Shown here piece after piece: positions 51,201-62,689 of a stretch of 64,000 nt of DNA; position 1 is the stretch's first letter; every line of letters starts with the position of its first letter. The notes beneath the pieces were generated by a model. The model made no database searches. It saw nothing but the letters and a program-made list of their open reading frames with translations, and had not been told where the DNA came from. The stretch covers positions 1,178,001 through 1,242,000 of the forward strand of contig CDROCS010002398.1 in the NCBI GenBank assembly GCA_977020255.1, in the 5' to 3' direction. A program made the position numbers and the translations under genes. The stretch is from Obrimoposthia wandeli (lineage: Eukaryota).

Positions 51201-54200
51201 TGTCGCTTAATTTGCTGTAATTTCCCCCCTTTTATCTGTTTATATTATACTCATTCTGCTTTCAAGGGAGCTTTTTCATTTATCTAGTATTTTGTAATTC
51301 CCGAAAGTTTAGCCAACTCCTCGTGAATCTTTTGCTTGGGTACTCAATGGCGTGTTCAATTGCTTCTAGTTCAGTACGCTATAAACATCGTAATCATTTA
51401 TATGGGACTGTAAAATAAGTACTAATTATCCAGGCATATGTAATAAAGAAGCACTCTGGGCCATCCTGGATGTTTTCTATCTAAAAGAGATCAATCTCTG
51501 TACGTGCTCAGTCGAACTTCTTTCAAATTCGTTTTTAGCAGATCTAACTGCAGAAATAGACTTATTACATACTCAATGCCGGACAGCGGTTACTATGCGG
51601 TACTCCACAGTGTAATTACTTTGATCAGCCCTCACAACAAAAATGAAAATACGACGAATTTCATTGCTATACATATATTTATCTTACTGAAATTACAATT
51701 GTTCCAGGTTGTAATAAAGATAAGATCATGCAGAATGTATGTGTTATTAATAAATATTTGTGACAGTCGTGAATTATTAACCGGGCTGCGATTATTAGTG
51801 CTGGCGAACACTGCTTCTGAATGCATGTACATACCCCTACAGATCAAGGCTGATCCGGTCCTGGGGGTATGTTTCATTGCCTCCAGCTCCTTCAAGGCGA
51901 GGGTGTCGCTGTCATTGCTGCCGCTTGGTCTACTTCTGATGCTCATCACCGTTGCTGTCGTCTTCAGTGAGTGAAATGCTGATCAAAGGTTATTGTAGTA
52001 TGGCACAAGTTTTGTTTAATAATGATATTGCGGTGATTTTAAATTTAAGCTTTTCTCTAAAAATCAATTGGCGTTGGTAACTTTACGTCAATATATAACG
52101 ATTAATTCTGTTCACAAAATTAATGAAAGATGTTGAAGACGTCTTTAGTCTCCAAGGTTAACTGAGTCCAGGAACGCTTTAAACAACCTCTTGGAGACCA
52201 TTAGGTTCCTCTTCAAGAAACAACAAATGTAACACAAATACAACAACAATCTATGTCATATTTATTCCCACTGAAACGTTTCCTCGCGTTTTTGGGCTTG
52301 GATTTGAATATGCGTGGTCACGGCTTTAATATCATGTGATTTCTGGTTAGGGGGACATCTAAAGAGAAAAGTTAAAGAAATATGAACAATTTAATTGAAC
52401 TCGCAGAAGCTATAAAATGTGAAGTTTCCTTCATCTTTATGGGAATGGTGTTCTGTGCTGTGAAAACAATTTTCAAGCAAGAATGAGACAGGTTGTATAA
52501 GGTGATCACAAATGAAGCCTCCAGTGACCTCACCAAATAATTTGTAAACTCTAAATTCTAAAAAAGTAAAATATCATTAATATATTTAAATTTATTCATA
52601 TTAATTATTAAATCATTGGGATTCTAACAATTCTGAGGCTGAAGTTCGAAATCATTTGTGAATACAATATTCAAGTATAATTCAATGTTACTCTATTTCA
52701 ATTAATAATGAATAAAAAAGCGACTAAAATATTTCTAAAAAAGAGTTAAAGTACGTAAATGGTGATCATGAAGAACTGCTCTCAGCGCGACAAATCACCT
52801 AGCCTGATGCAGTAACCCTGTTTTTCCAGACAGGTGGACACTGACCATTACTAATCCATATTGCAAGACGTTGTCAAGGCAGCAAACAAGGACGATCAAA
52901 GATAATATGGGAGGAATGCAATTTGTTTAAGCCTGTTATCAACAATTTAAATCGTACACTCTTTTCTGAGAGTTTTGTTAACACAAATATTTTTTACTTG
53001 TCTTTTGTATTCCAGGGAACTTATTTCATATAGATTCAATAACCAGCAGTTAAACCCGGTTAATACAGTCAGGCGACAGTTCCGATTGGTGCGACAACAG
53101 CTGGGGTCGTCGATATCGCTGCCGACTGCGGGAGACTCAAGGCCGGGATGTGCTCGTAACCCACACATTTCTCTCCGGCGGATGAACCGCTGCTGTCGCT
53201 ACTACGGTGAGCTGAACCGACTGACAGTCTTCAGGCAAATACATCAAATACTTATTTAAGAATTTTAGATCAAAAGTTCAACTTATTATATTACCACATA
53301 CATTTACATAAATATGTTACTGACATTTGGTTTTGTTTTTAACTTCGTTTTAAAAATGTGGTTTATTTATAAAATAATTAAATTGTGTTTTAATCAATTG
53401 TAAAATAAATTTGGCACTTTACCTTTCCGAATTACTAAAATTCCATTTAGCTAAAGAAGCTGCAATACTAAACTTTTAAATTTAACATAATTTCTAATGT
53501 TAATCATTTTAATTCGTAAATTAAACCAATCAGATAATTTATACCAATTATTTCATTTTTGGGTGTTTTGACGAAGTTGGTCCGGATATGATCGAGTTGA
53601 TTCAAATAGAGTTCGAACGTAGTTCAATTTTTCAATCAACTGCCAGCGGATTATTCCTCCAGTTTTCGTTTGATTTATGTCCAGTTTCGGAGTTGACATC
53701 GGAAGTCAGTTCCTTTTTGACCCTTTATTCGAGCGATTGCGATTGTCTAACGGCATCCACTTTTTATCGCAATTAATGATATGTTCAAGAAGGATTGATT
53801 TTGTGTCGTTCGAGTAATTCCCTATCGATGTCCGAATTCTTGGCTTTGAGCATGTCTTACTCAAAATTCAGCTTCATCTAAGATCTTTTTGGTGGCAGTA
53901 TGGAGGCACTGGTAATCACGGCGAACATGTCACTTCTTAAGGCTACCGTTGCGATTGTCTTCGATGTTGGTGAGATATTCACGATTTTTTCAACCCTGTT
54001 CGCACCTGTGGAGTGAGTGTCGAAAAATCTACGATTTATTAGTTTGCATTTTACATAGAACTTAAACGATTTACTTATTGATTAACTAAAATGATAAATT
54101 AATAAATTTAAAGGAACACAAAATAAGGTTGCGAATTTTGTTTCATATATTTTTTCGACATACGTTTCCAAATCCTCCCACAAATTTGGTTTCTGAATTG

Positions 54201-54320
54201 ATTATTTACAGGATTCAGCGTGCTGTGTCTATGGATATTCTATGGCTTTTCTGTGTATACGCACGTCTATCTTTATCTCTATGAATCTTCCTGGACCCGT
54301 GGGCTGCGGGATCAAATTAT
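45177..54320 (+). CDS. smo: Smoothened (class F GPCR), divergent; CRD to TM6 reconstructed, TM7 and C-tail unresolved
   Basis: In-phase exons 45177-45217(?), 45611-45788, 47589-47788, 48341-48472, 48601-48730, 49445-49683, 50156-50340, 50616-50785, 51843-51966, 53069-53206, 54212-54320. Matches to human SMO: GSVGWAGQLLPSVRRSVLCRGDGALRVREP vs [39 protein letters not shown] vs [18 protein letters not shown] vs WERSFRDYV. Confidence 0.9.
45611..45788 (+). CDS. smo: smo exon: CRD N-half
   Basis: NECRQEVDSC..SCYGLTIPY..RWQQLQAVPGCWSYLK vs human HCGRAAPC..VCLGSVLPY..LWSGLRNAPRCWAVIQ. Confidence 0.85.
46126..46451. mobile_element. Long-TIR MITE (arms about 130 bp) in a smo intron
   Basis: TAGATGATAAGCTCAAGAATATTTTATTCAACCGACCAATGG... 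is the near reverse complement of 46320-46451. Confidence 0.85.
46450..47016 (-). mobile_element. Deleted mariner element
   Basis: TA-flanked imperfect TIRs (TATTGGGCTGATAAAAAAG / TATTGAGTTAGTATAAATG); WELMKYPPYYPDMAQKEYHLFRTIQ motif. Confidence 0.75.
47092..47520 (-). pseudogene. LINE (L2/CR1-like) ORF2 3' remnant
   Basis: KLHRLRIIARIEFKILHIIQKCILSQKPKYL resembles LHWL...RI.FKIL....K......P.YL. Confidence 0.55.
47589..47788 (+). CDS. smo: smo exon: CRD C-half
   Basis: ILLCSVKYPAC..QDVCLAARRHC..PFFL vs PLLCAVYMPKC..RTLCQATRGPC..PDFL. Confidence 0.85.
48341..48472 (+). CDS. smo: smo exon: CRD end and linker
   Basis: cctccag|CGQFEPHC...LCRFPMVLTGKSSL|gtgagt; phase 2-2. Confidence 0.8.
48601..48730 (+). 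CDS. smo: smo exon: linker and TM1
   Basis: WINGFSGCAFYCLTPYFT vs WYEDVEGCGIQCQNPLFT. Confidence 0.85.
48740..49430. repeat. Degenerate (GAGT)n microsatellite filling a smo intron
   Basis: GTGAGT/GAGT words throughout, with higher-order repeats. Confidence 0.9.
49445..49683 (+). CDS. smo: smo exon: ICL1, TM2, ECL1
   Basis: gtatag|VTFV...GSVGWAGQ..VLCRGDGALRVREPQS|gtgggt. Confidence 0.88.
50156..50340 (+). CDS. smo: smo exon: TM3 and ICL2
   Basis: MACVVVFCLVY vs LSCVIIFVIVY. Confidence 0.85.
50616..50785 (+). CDS. smo: smo exon: ICL2 and TM4
   Basis: Phase 1-0; an alternative in-frame acceptor exists at 50630. Confidence 0.75.
51843..51966 (+). CDS. smo: smo exon: ECL2 and TM5
   Basis: [30 protein letters not shown] vs [30 protein letters not shown]. 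Confidence 0.88.
52270..52520 (+). pseudogene. Tc1/mariner transposase C-terminal remnant
   Basis: ALISCDFWLGGHLKRKV..LIELAEAIKCE resembles DLTPCDFWLWG.LK.KV..L.EL..AI..E. Confidence 0.55.
53069..53206 (+). CDS. smo: smo exon: ICL3
   Basis: Phase 1-1; ends RRMNRCCRYY-G vs KINETMLRL-G. Confidence 0.75.
53560..54030 (-). pseudogene. Mariner transposase remnant
   Basis: LEHIINCDKKWMPLDN resembles LKRIVTGDEKW..YDN; heavily decayed. Confidence 0.55.
54212..54320 (+). CDS. smo: smo exon: TM6 and ECL3 start
   Basis: [35 protein letters not shown] vs [35 protein letters not shown]. Confidence 0.85.
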
Positions 54321-55214
54321 GTGAGTTTTCTCCTACTGGGAAATGAGAGACTGACGATTTTTAGGATGGGATGAATGAATACATAAAATCGTTGTGTAAA
54401 GAATGAAAATAACGAAAAAAGTATAAATTTTTTAGAGGGTAACTTAATTTTATACCAAGGTATTTTGTAGAAAAAACATTTGTCAGCATATATTTCTATT
54501 TGTTGAACCCATAACATTCTCATTAATTTGACACAATCAGTTGTGGAACAAACAGTGCAATACTAAGTACCTGTTTCAATATTTTTGATTTACATTTCAA
54601 TCTTCTTTGGTTCATATATGTTATTTAACATATATTGATAGACCTTATTATTTCGAATACCCCAAAACCAAAAAGTCGCAAGGAATAAGTCTGGTAGTGA
54701 GCAAGCCAGAACCAATCAAATCATTACTCAATTATCTGATTTTTGAATTCCTTTTCTAAAATTCTTCTGGTGTACCTCTATGTATAAGCTTTTATGAGAA
54801 TATAGGCCTAGCAACATTAATGGGAGGTTTTTATGAAGTCCAAATGTAATCTTTAATCGAAGAAAGTTCACAAGTCCATAGAATATCATCCAGCATGTAC
54901 AGTTTCAAACAAGTCACAAAATTCAATTCTAATAATCATCTTCGAATGGCTTATGAATAAAATATGGTTTATATGGTTTAAAATTTCAGAATTGGCTTGC
55001 TATGTTTTTTATTGTATAACTAAATCTGTAGTGACAAGAAGCTTCACGTAGTGACGATCTACCCTTTAAGTTATTTGAGGATTGATGATCCATAGTTTCT
55101 GTAACGTGATTAACAATATCTTCAGATATTACTGAGGCTCTTCCAGGTATTGGTTTAGTGTGGGAGAGAAAAAGCTTTTCAAAACGTTGTATTAATTTAT
55201 TAATTGTAGACTTA

Positions 55215-58037
55215 CTAAAGAATCATTTCTAATACCAACACAACATCATCTATTTTTAGCGGTTCTTTTGCCTCCCACCACTTCTGTCTAACAGCCCACG
55301 TCGGCACTATCTCTTCCATCCATCTCTTCCATAATTGATTTACCAGATTTTGCAACAACTTCCATCTGTGTTTTATATTATTAGTGGTCAGTTCACAATT
55401 CACTGTTCCTTCAGGTATCAGAAAACTATTTGGTGTTAATGAAGTAATTTCCTTACTATCTTGACTCACATAACTCAATGGTCTAGAATTCACAAGATTG
55501 TCAACTTCAATCAGCATAGTATCAAATTCTTCATCCGATAATTCCGCACTTTCCATCACTCTTTTCATCGCCCTCTTTACTGATTTTACCATTATCTCAA
55601 ACACACCACCGAAATGAGGACTACCTGGCGGATTGAAAATCCATCTAATGTCATTTTTTGCTAATTCTGTTTTAAGTGCGTAAGTGTCGAACTTGATTTC
55701 TTCTATTAAATTTGCAGTTCCCACAAAATTCAAACCATTATCTGACAACATCAATGTTGGCCTTCCCCTTCTTCCCATGAACCTTTTAAACGCTCGGATG
55801 AATGCATCAATATCCAAACTATATGCCATCTCCAAATGAACTGCTCGCGTTTGTAGATAAGTAAACAGACAAACATATCTTTTGGCTTTTACTTGCCTCC
55901 GACCTTGTTTTGTCAAAAAAGGTCCTGCAAAGTCAACACCTACTCTTACAAACGCCCTGAGTGGTTCTTCTAATCTGAACTTCGGTAACGGTGCCATCAT
56001 ATTTTGCATATGAGCTGCTTTTGCTTTTTTACAGATTACACATTCCGTTTCAACCTTTTTTATCAATCTTCGAGCTTTCAATATCCAAAATCTTCTTTGT
56101 AGTAAATTTAATATGTGCTGAACTCCAGCGTAGTGAAAATTCCTATCGTGTAAATCTTTCACCACTAATCTTGCGAACCATCCTTCACCTGACAATATCA
56201 CTGAGAATTTGCTATCATAGTTTAAAAACTCAGCGTGAATTAATCTAGAGTTTGTCCTTAATATCCCTTCTTCATCTATAAATGGTCTTAATTTTAAAAT
56301 TTTACTATTTCTCAAAACTTCTCCAGTCTTCATCAAACATTTTATGTCTGTCTGAAAATATTTCAGTTGATCCTCTTTGATCAGTTTTATCATACTAAGT
56401 TCTATTTCTTCAACAATCAATTCTTCTTTAATTCGCACTTCTATTTTATTTTTACAATTATTTATAAATCTATTTACCCAAGCCATTATCCTCTTTATTC
56501 TATTTAGACTAGAATATTTTTCGATTTCTAGTATTTTTTCATGTACTGTTTTTACTTCATATGTAAGTAAAGTACATAATTTCTTTTCTGCATCTTCGAA
56601 TTTCTCAAATTTCTTGTTTACCGGCCACATCTCTCTGGTTTCCTTTAAATATTTTGGCCCTTCCCACCACACTGGTGGAGATGCATTCCTGTACACTTAC
56701 ACCTCTTGACAGAATGTCTGCTGGATTTTTTTTTGTCGGTAAATGTTTCCATTGATTTATATCTGTTGTTTCTTGGATCTTTCCAACTCTATTTGCAACA
56801 AACGGTTTATAATTTCTACCTTGTTGTTTTATCCACCACAACACATTTTCACTGTCTGACCAGAATATTACTTACAACAATCCTTATTCCACGATCTCGC
56901 TATAACTTTTGCTAATTTAATCCCTTCACATACAGCCATCAATTCCAATCTTGGAATACTCACTGTTTTTAACGGTGCAACTTTTGACTTCGCTGATATT
57001 AACACAACTTTTATTTTTCCTTTTTTCCTTGTCCTCAGATATGCCACTGAACCATAAGCTTCTGATGAAGCGTCTACAAAAACGTGAATCTCTTCTTCTT
57101 TATCCGGTTCTATTCCGACCTATCTTGGAATTCGAACTTGATCCAAATCTTTACACTGTGAAATCCACGTCATTATCTCTTTCCTTAAATCTCCTTCTAT
57201 CTTTTCATCCCAACCTAAGCCACTTAACCATACTTTTTGCATCAATATTTTCGCTTTTACAATAAACGGACTCACAAATCCTAAAGGGTCAAATACTGTA
57301 GACAATATACTCAAAAATTCTCGCTTACTAATATTAATCCCATAATCTACTTTAGTTTTAAAGGTAAAATAATCTTCTTGAGGATCCCATTGAATACCTA
57401 ACGTTTTTACTTGACGTGCTTCGTCCTCGATTTGTAATACTTTTGCTTGATCTGATAATGGAATCTGTTTATTTATCTCCTCACTACTCGTTATCCATTT
57501 TTTGGCTTCCATCTTTGCTCCTTTCCATATTTCTTTTACTTTTAACATTGTACTATTCGCTAGATCTTCTGTATCTACTGAGCACAATGTATCATCCATG
57601 TATGTGTTTTCCAAGATCAATCTCGCACTCTCTGGATATTTCTCTTGATATTTTTTAGCATTTTCCCTCGATACCATCTGTGCCAAAAACGGAAATACAT
57701 TTAATCCGAACACTATTCGTTCGTATTCATAGGTTACTATATTTCCTTCTTTATCGTCCCATAAGAAACGCAACCATTTTCGATCTGAATTATTCACTTT
57801 TACTTGTAAATACATTTCTGTAATATCACAAGCTAATGCGATTCTTTTTTCACGAAATTTTAGAAGTATTTCCATCAAATCTCCCTGTAAATTTGGCCCG
57901 CTATCGATAAAATCGTTTAAATATTTTCCACAATCTTTTGCGGCTGCGTCGAAAACTATTCTCACCTTAGTAGTATTTCGATCCCGTTTTACTACTGGGA
58001 AACTATAAGGTGCAATTCTAATTGCAACAACTGTCAT
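55215..58037 (-). mobile_element. BEL/Pao LTR retrotransposon pol (RT, RNase H, integrase), frameshifted and truncated at both ends
   Basis: KVRIVFDAAAK..GPNLQ, YMDD; FVDASSEAYG..AKSKVAPLK..SIPRLEL; NPADILSRG; H-H-C-C zinc finger, GVDFAGP, SDNG, GGVFEIMVKSVK. Confidence 0.95.
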
Positions 58038-58403
58038 TGAATTAAAAGTAATTTAGTCCTCGTAGGGTGACGGTTTAACTTTTTATAATTACGTAGGAAA
58101 TGTCAGATTCATTTAACTTTAGCGAATGAATACACATGGCTAAATAATTACGCCATCTTGATAATCATAATTGGACAGAATTGAAATAGAGTACATCGGT
58201 GAAATATATATCTTGAAAGACGCAGCCCATTTATTTTGTATATGGATGAAGAATTTAGAATAAGATATAGATTTTCCAAAGATGACGAGACGTTAATTCT
58301 TAGCGGGATATAAAATTGACTAAGGTATTGACTAATCCGTTTTGTGGTTGTCTCGCGGCTAGCCTATAGTTTAGTGATCTCGACGATCTCGTGAAGTTGG
58401 TAA

Positions 58404-58771
58404 TGTAAAACACGATTTGTTAGTATGTTAATTACTAACATTATTTATTAATACACAACAATTAAGAGTTTTTAAGAACGGTGAAACAATTTCACAACTC
58501 CACGGAGAGTAGGGTGACACTCTAATTCTTCTTCTACTTATTTACTTCGTTACTTTAATCAATTTTCGATTCTAGTACAGTCATTCTATTATAACTTGTT
58601 GTACAACTCTTACTGTTAGCTACAAACTTGTCTTACAATTTATCGATAATAACGATAATCAGCACGTATAATCACTACAACTTGTCTTCTTTGAAATTTA
58701 TCAACAATAATGATAATCGAATACGTATAATTACTAAAAACGTGTCTTGAAAACTATCAACCATAATGACA
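58404..58771 (-). repeat. Putative LTR
   Basis: TG...CA-bounded 368-bp segment with AATAAA near the minus-strand 3' end and internal direct repeats. No clear PBS, PPT or TSD. Confidence 0.4.
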
Positions 58772-58799
58772 AACAAAACGTTGTTTCTCACCAATTTGC

Positions 58800-59750
58800 T
58801 CTGATCCGTTCCTCGTATCTCGTGATCGTTTCTTCTCGTTTCCAGCCACTGAGTAATCCGAATCTTTGATCCGGTGTCAGCTTCTTCTCTACTTCTTGCG
58901 ATTGGCGTCGGTCTCGAGGCGCCCTTTCCACTTTGAATTATATATGATCTCACTCGATCTATCTGCTTGTTCGTGTTACGATTTCTCAATCTATTTCTGT
59001 ACTGCCGTTAATGTTTTAGCTATCGCCTATAAATAATATTTACCTGTGATTGATTCCGTTTATGAGTTCGGATTTCAGTATCCAGTTTCTGATTTTTCTG
59101 CAGTTTGGTATTTCGGTATATCTTCAAATTCTGATTTTTCTGTGATCTAATCTCCCAACTTCTCTTTTTATATGGTTTCGTCTTGATCCACTTAGTGGTC
59201 TCCTGTCTATGAGAATTTCACCAGCTGACTCTAAATTTGCTGGACTCAACTGCTTGAATTTTCCTAAGTACAGTTTATCAATTTTCCCCGCAACAATCTA
59301 CCCTCTGTTAGTTCACAATTCGGCCGGAGTGGGGATTTTCTCGACTTGTTTCGGTTTTAATTATTTCAGAATATGTTGTTCAGTAATTGATTATGCAATT
59401 AATTTTCTAATTAAATTTCTCTACGACCCTTTTTCAAAAAAATTCTGCATCTATATACATATTTCTTCTGACCTCTTCAAGGTCTTAATTTACTCAATTT
59501 TAACTCATATTTTAATATTCTTTCAACCTTGAATGTTCTAAGGTTAAATTCCTAGTATAAATAATTGTTATTTCAATTTTCCTTAATCTAACACCGTTGA
59601 TAATTAAGAAACCTCCATTGTCTCTCCAGTTTTTCGAATTACCCATTTTGCTAATGCACCTTTTATGTTTCTTGCTTCGACCTTTTTAAAGTTTTTTTAA
59701 TGATAGTGTATCTTTTTTAGTTGTTGACTGCAGTGAAATTGTTAGTTTAT
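58800..59750 (-). pseudogene. Decayed LTR-retroelement post-integrase region (gypsy-like)
   Basis: GKIDKLYLGKFK resembles the K+...Y.GPF motif; many stops. Confidence 0.3.
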
Positions 59751-60810
59751 TGGTTTCAAATTTCATTTTTAAGAGCTCTGCTATCTAAGACATTTTTATT
59801 TTATAGTAATTAGAGAAGGTTTACATCTGTGGCAGAAATGTTACTTGTTTTTTAAACACCAGCCATTATTATAAATGAACTTTAATTTTGAGAAAATATT
59901 TCTTATCCACAATCCCCATATATATTAACTATTATATGCAAATAAAATCAGTAGTGTCAAAACTGCGAAGTAAACAAAGGAAATAAACATTATTAGTCAT
60001 ATTATTAAATCATTTTATATCCAATTAAAAGTTTAGTTTTGGTTAATTTTCTAATTAGTTGATTTTGTGTTGCATCTAAAAAATAAAATTGTAACCACAA
60101 TTTTAATTTATTAATATTTATAATAAATGAAACGAATAATAAAACAAATTTAATACCATTTAAAGGTGAGTAGGTATATGTGTGACTTCTGGCACAAAGC
60201 CCCCCTCGATGTCAAGTTAAGGTCATGACCTCATGAGTTCACAATCAAGGTCACCATCAGAACAAAAACAATGATGAGTCATACTCATCGATGAGTAATA
60301 TTCTATTTTCAGTAACATGCTTTAAAACTATATCTATTTTTAATCTAAAGGTTGTATTAACATGCGATCTTCACCAAAGGATGTCTCGTGTGTGTATGTT
60401 CTCCTTCAAGCCTAACTCATATATATATATATATATCAGTGTGTGTATACTCCCTCAAACTTAACTCGTATATGTGTGGGTGTGTATATTATCTCTAGCT
60501 TATTTCTATGTATGAAACAATGAAACTATTCATCATAAAGAAATAATAAAGATATTTTATTTCAATACATCAATTTCATATTAGATTATTTAAACTAAAG
60601 ACATTTAATTAAAATAATGTATAATATAAATTTAATTAGTTGAATGTATCTAGGTTATTATATATAATGTATATTTCATTTAATTCGAAATTTTATAATA
60701 TTTACCATTGTTAATTAAAAGAAAATTTGTTTTACTGTATTAATAAAATTAATTAATCCGAGAAGAGTATATAAGAAAAATATTTTAGTTTCAATTCATT
60801 ATTTGTAAAA

Positions 60811-61020
60811 ATGGAAGCACTGCGTCAAACTTTATTGAAGCAACTAATGGAGAGTGAAATAACACTAGACGAGAAGTGCTATTTCGCTGAGGCCTTGATG
60901 CTTCGGGAGGCTCTGGAAGTAGAAAGATCCCGGGCTTCATTGACTGGTCACAAAATGGCCAGCCTCTCATCATGCTTAATGATAACTGGCTATGAAGTAG
61001 TCGAATGCATACACATATGA
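60811..61020 (+). CDS. Small (69 aa) intronless ORF of unknown function
   Basis: ATG start, with TATATAAG and TTTTAGT upstream as for ORF 58-510. Confidence 0.4.
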   Translation: MEALRQTLLKQLMESEITLDEKCYFAEALMLREALEVERSRASLTGHKMASLSSCLMITGYEVVECIHI

Positions 61021-62689
61021 GAACGAACCCAAAGTCTTTATTAGGGCTACATAAAACAGGGATGTGAGGGAAAATAAAAAAACTCTAACTTTTAGTTAGA
61101 GTTTTTACAAAAAGATGTTTTTAAACGTCATATAGAAAATTAGTTTAAAATAATTTAGCTACTTACTATTAAAGGTAGCTAAACATACTATGTAATTATA
61201 AAATTAAATTTTTAAAATTAATTAAACTATCTACTGATAAAAAATATTATAAAATTCCTAAATATATTTAAAGATTTTTTCTCTTTTTTAAAACGTGAGT
61301 GTGTCTAACAAAGGCGGTCAGGTACTGCATCTATATTGCAAAAACCTGCAACTTTATATAATTACTAATCAAGTATTATATAATTTCTACATACATTTTT
61401 TTAACAAATTATAAGTTAAAATAATTTTATTATGATCAATGTATATACCTAACAAACGTATCTAGTAACATATATGATTACATACTATATATATATTGTA
61501 AAAACTTCCAACTTTATGTAATTACTGAGTCTTTTTAGCGAAAAATTTTGTACCAAGATATACATAAGGATTCTTTTTAATTGCATTGAATGTTTTAAGT
61601 AATCTTACAAAATGACAAGTATACCATTCCCTTTTTGTATACCTGCAATATAATCCATATTATTTTTCAATCTTAGAGAATTCGTATTAACTCCACCTAA
61701 CCAACTACATCAATGATTCTCTACTATAAAATGAACACTTTTACCCTTATCATTTTCTTTTTACCCTTTTTAGTCTTTTTAGACTTTGTTGATTTAATAG
61801 TTTTTTTTACTCATTTTCATATTAAATATTATTAAATTATTATTATTGTTCATATAAAAAAGATACCAAAATTTATTAATCAACTCTTACTGCTTCAATT
61901 ATTTTCCATATCGGTGTTTCCAATCCACTGGGTCCGATCTTGCATCCTTGAATTCTGATTGAGAGAATCCATTCTAATTTAGGAGGAGGTTCGTCGAATA
62001 TTGATCCACGACCTGCTCGAAAGTGGCATTAGATCCTTTGATTATGAATTTGTTTTCTTGAAGCTCATATTTGATCTCGGATTGATTGAAGATAATATTA
62101 ATTATCTCTTTATCCTCTGAAGTCAAATTTGATACTTGAAAATCATATTGATAGTAAAAAAAATATTATAGTTTTGAGCTTTCTTCAAAAAGAGCATCTC
62201 ATATACATAATATTTATGCATAGTTGATGTAGCTTTTCAAAATTCATATTTACAATTATAAGTTTAAATATTCAATTGTTTATCTTCTTAAGCTCAATTC
62301 TAATTGGTTAGGAATATTGTTTATGAAAATCTTTTAGTATTAGTCAAATCCTGAGAGAGTTCAACGGTAACTCGTGTATGACTTGTTATTGTTTGACTCG
62401 ATGTATTAATAATTTATCTATGATTATTTTTATTATAATTCATATTAGCATATAAATTACGACCAGAACCTATATATATACTTGATCTATTTTGATCTAT
62501 TTTGATTATTCATTTTCAATAAAATCATTTTTAAAATATTGTTTATACTGCTTTGTTCTCAGACAAAGACATCACATGACATTACTTACAAAAAGTTGCA
62601 ATGTTACTAAAAATAGATTTTCAAATAGTATATAAGCTGAAAATTTCCTCATTCTGTTTAGTAAACTAAATTTATTGCACATTATGTTT

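Noticed and set aside
47589-51966. MFS or SLC35 transporter reading of the hydrophobic exons
   Set aside because: This was my first impression. The exon order, cysteine spacing and GSVGW..CR.DG..R..EP motif match Smoothened far better.
55991-57658. Plus-strand ORFs over the BEL element
   Set aside because: These are antisense shadows of pol.
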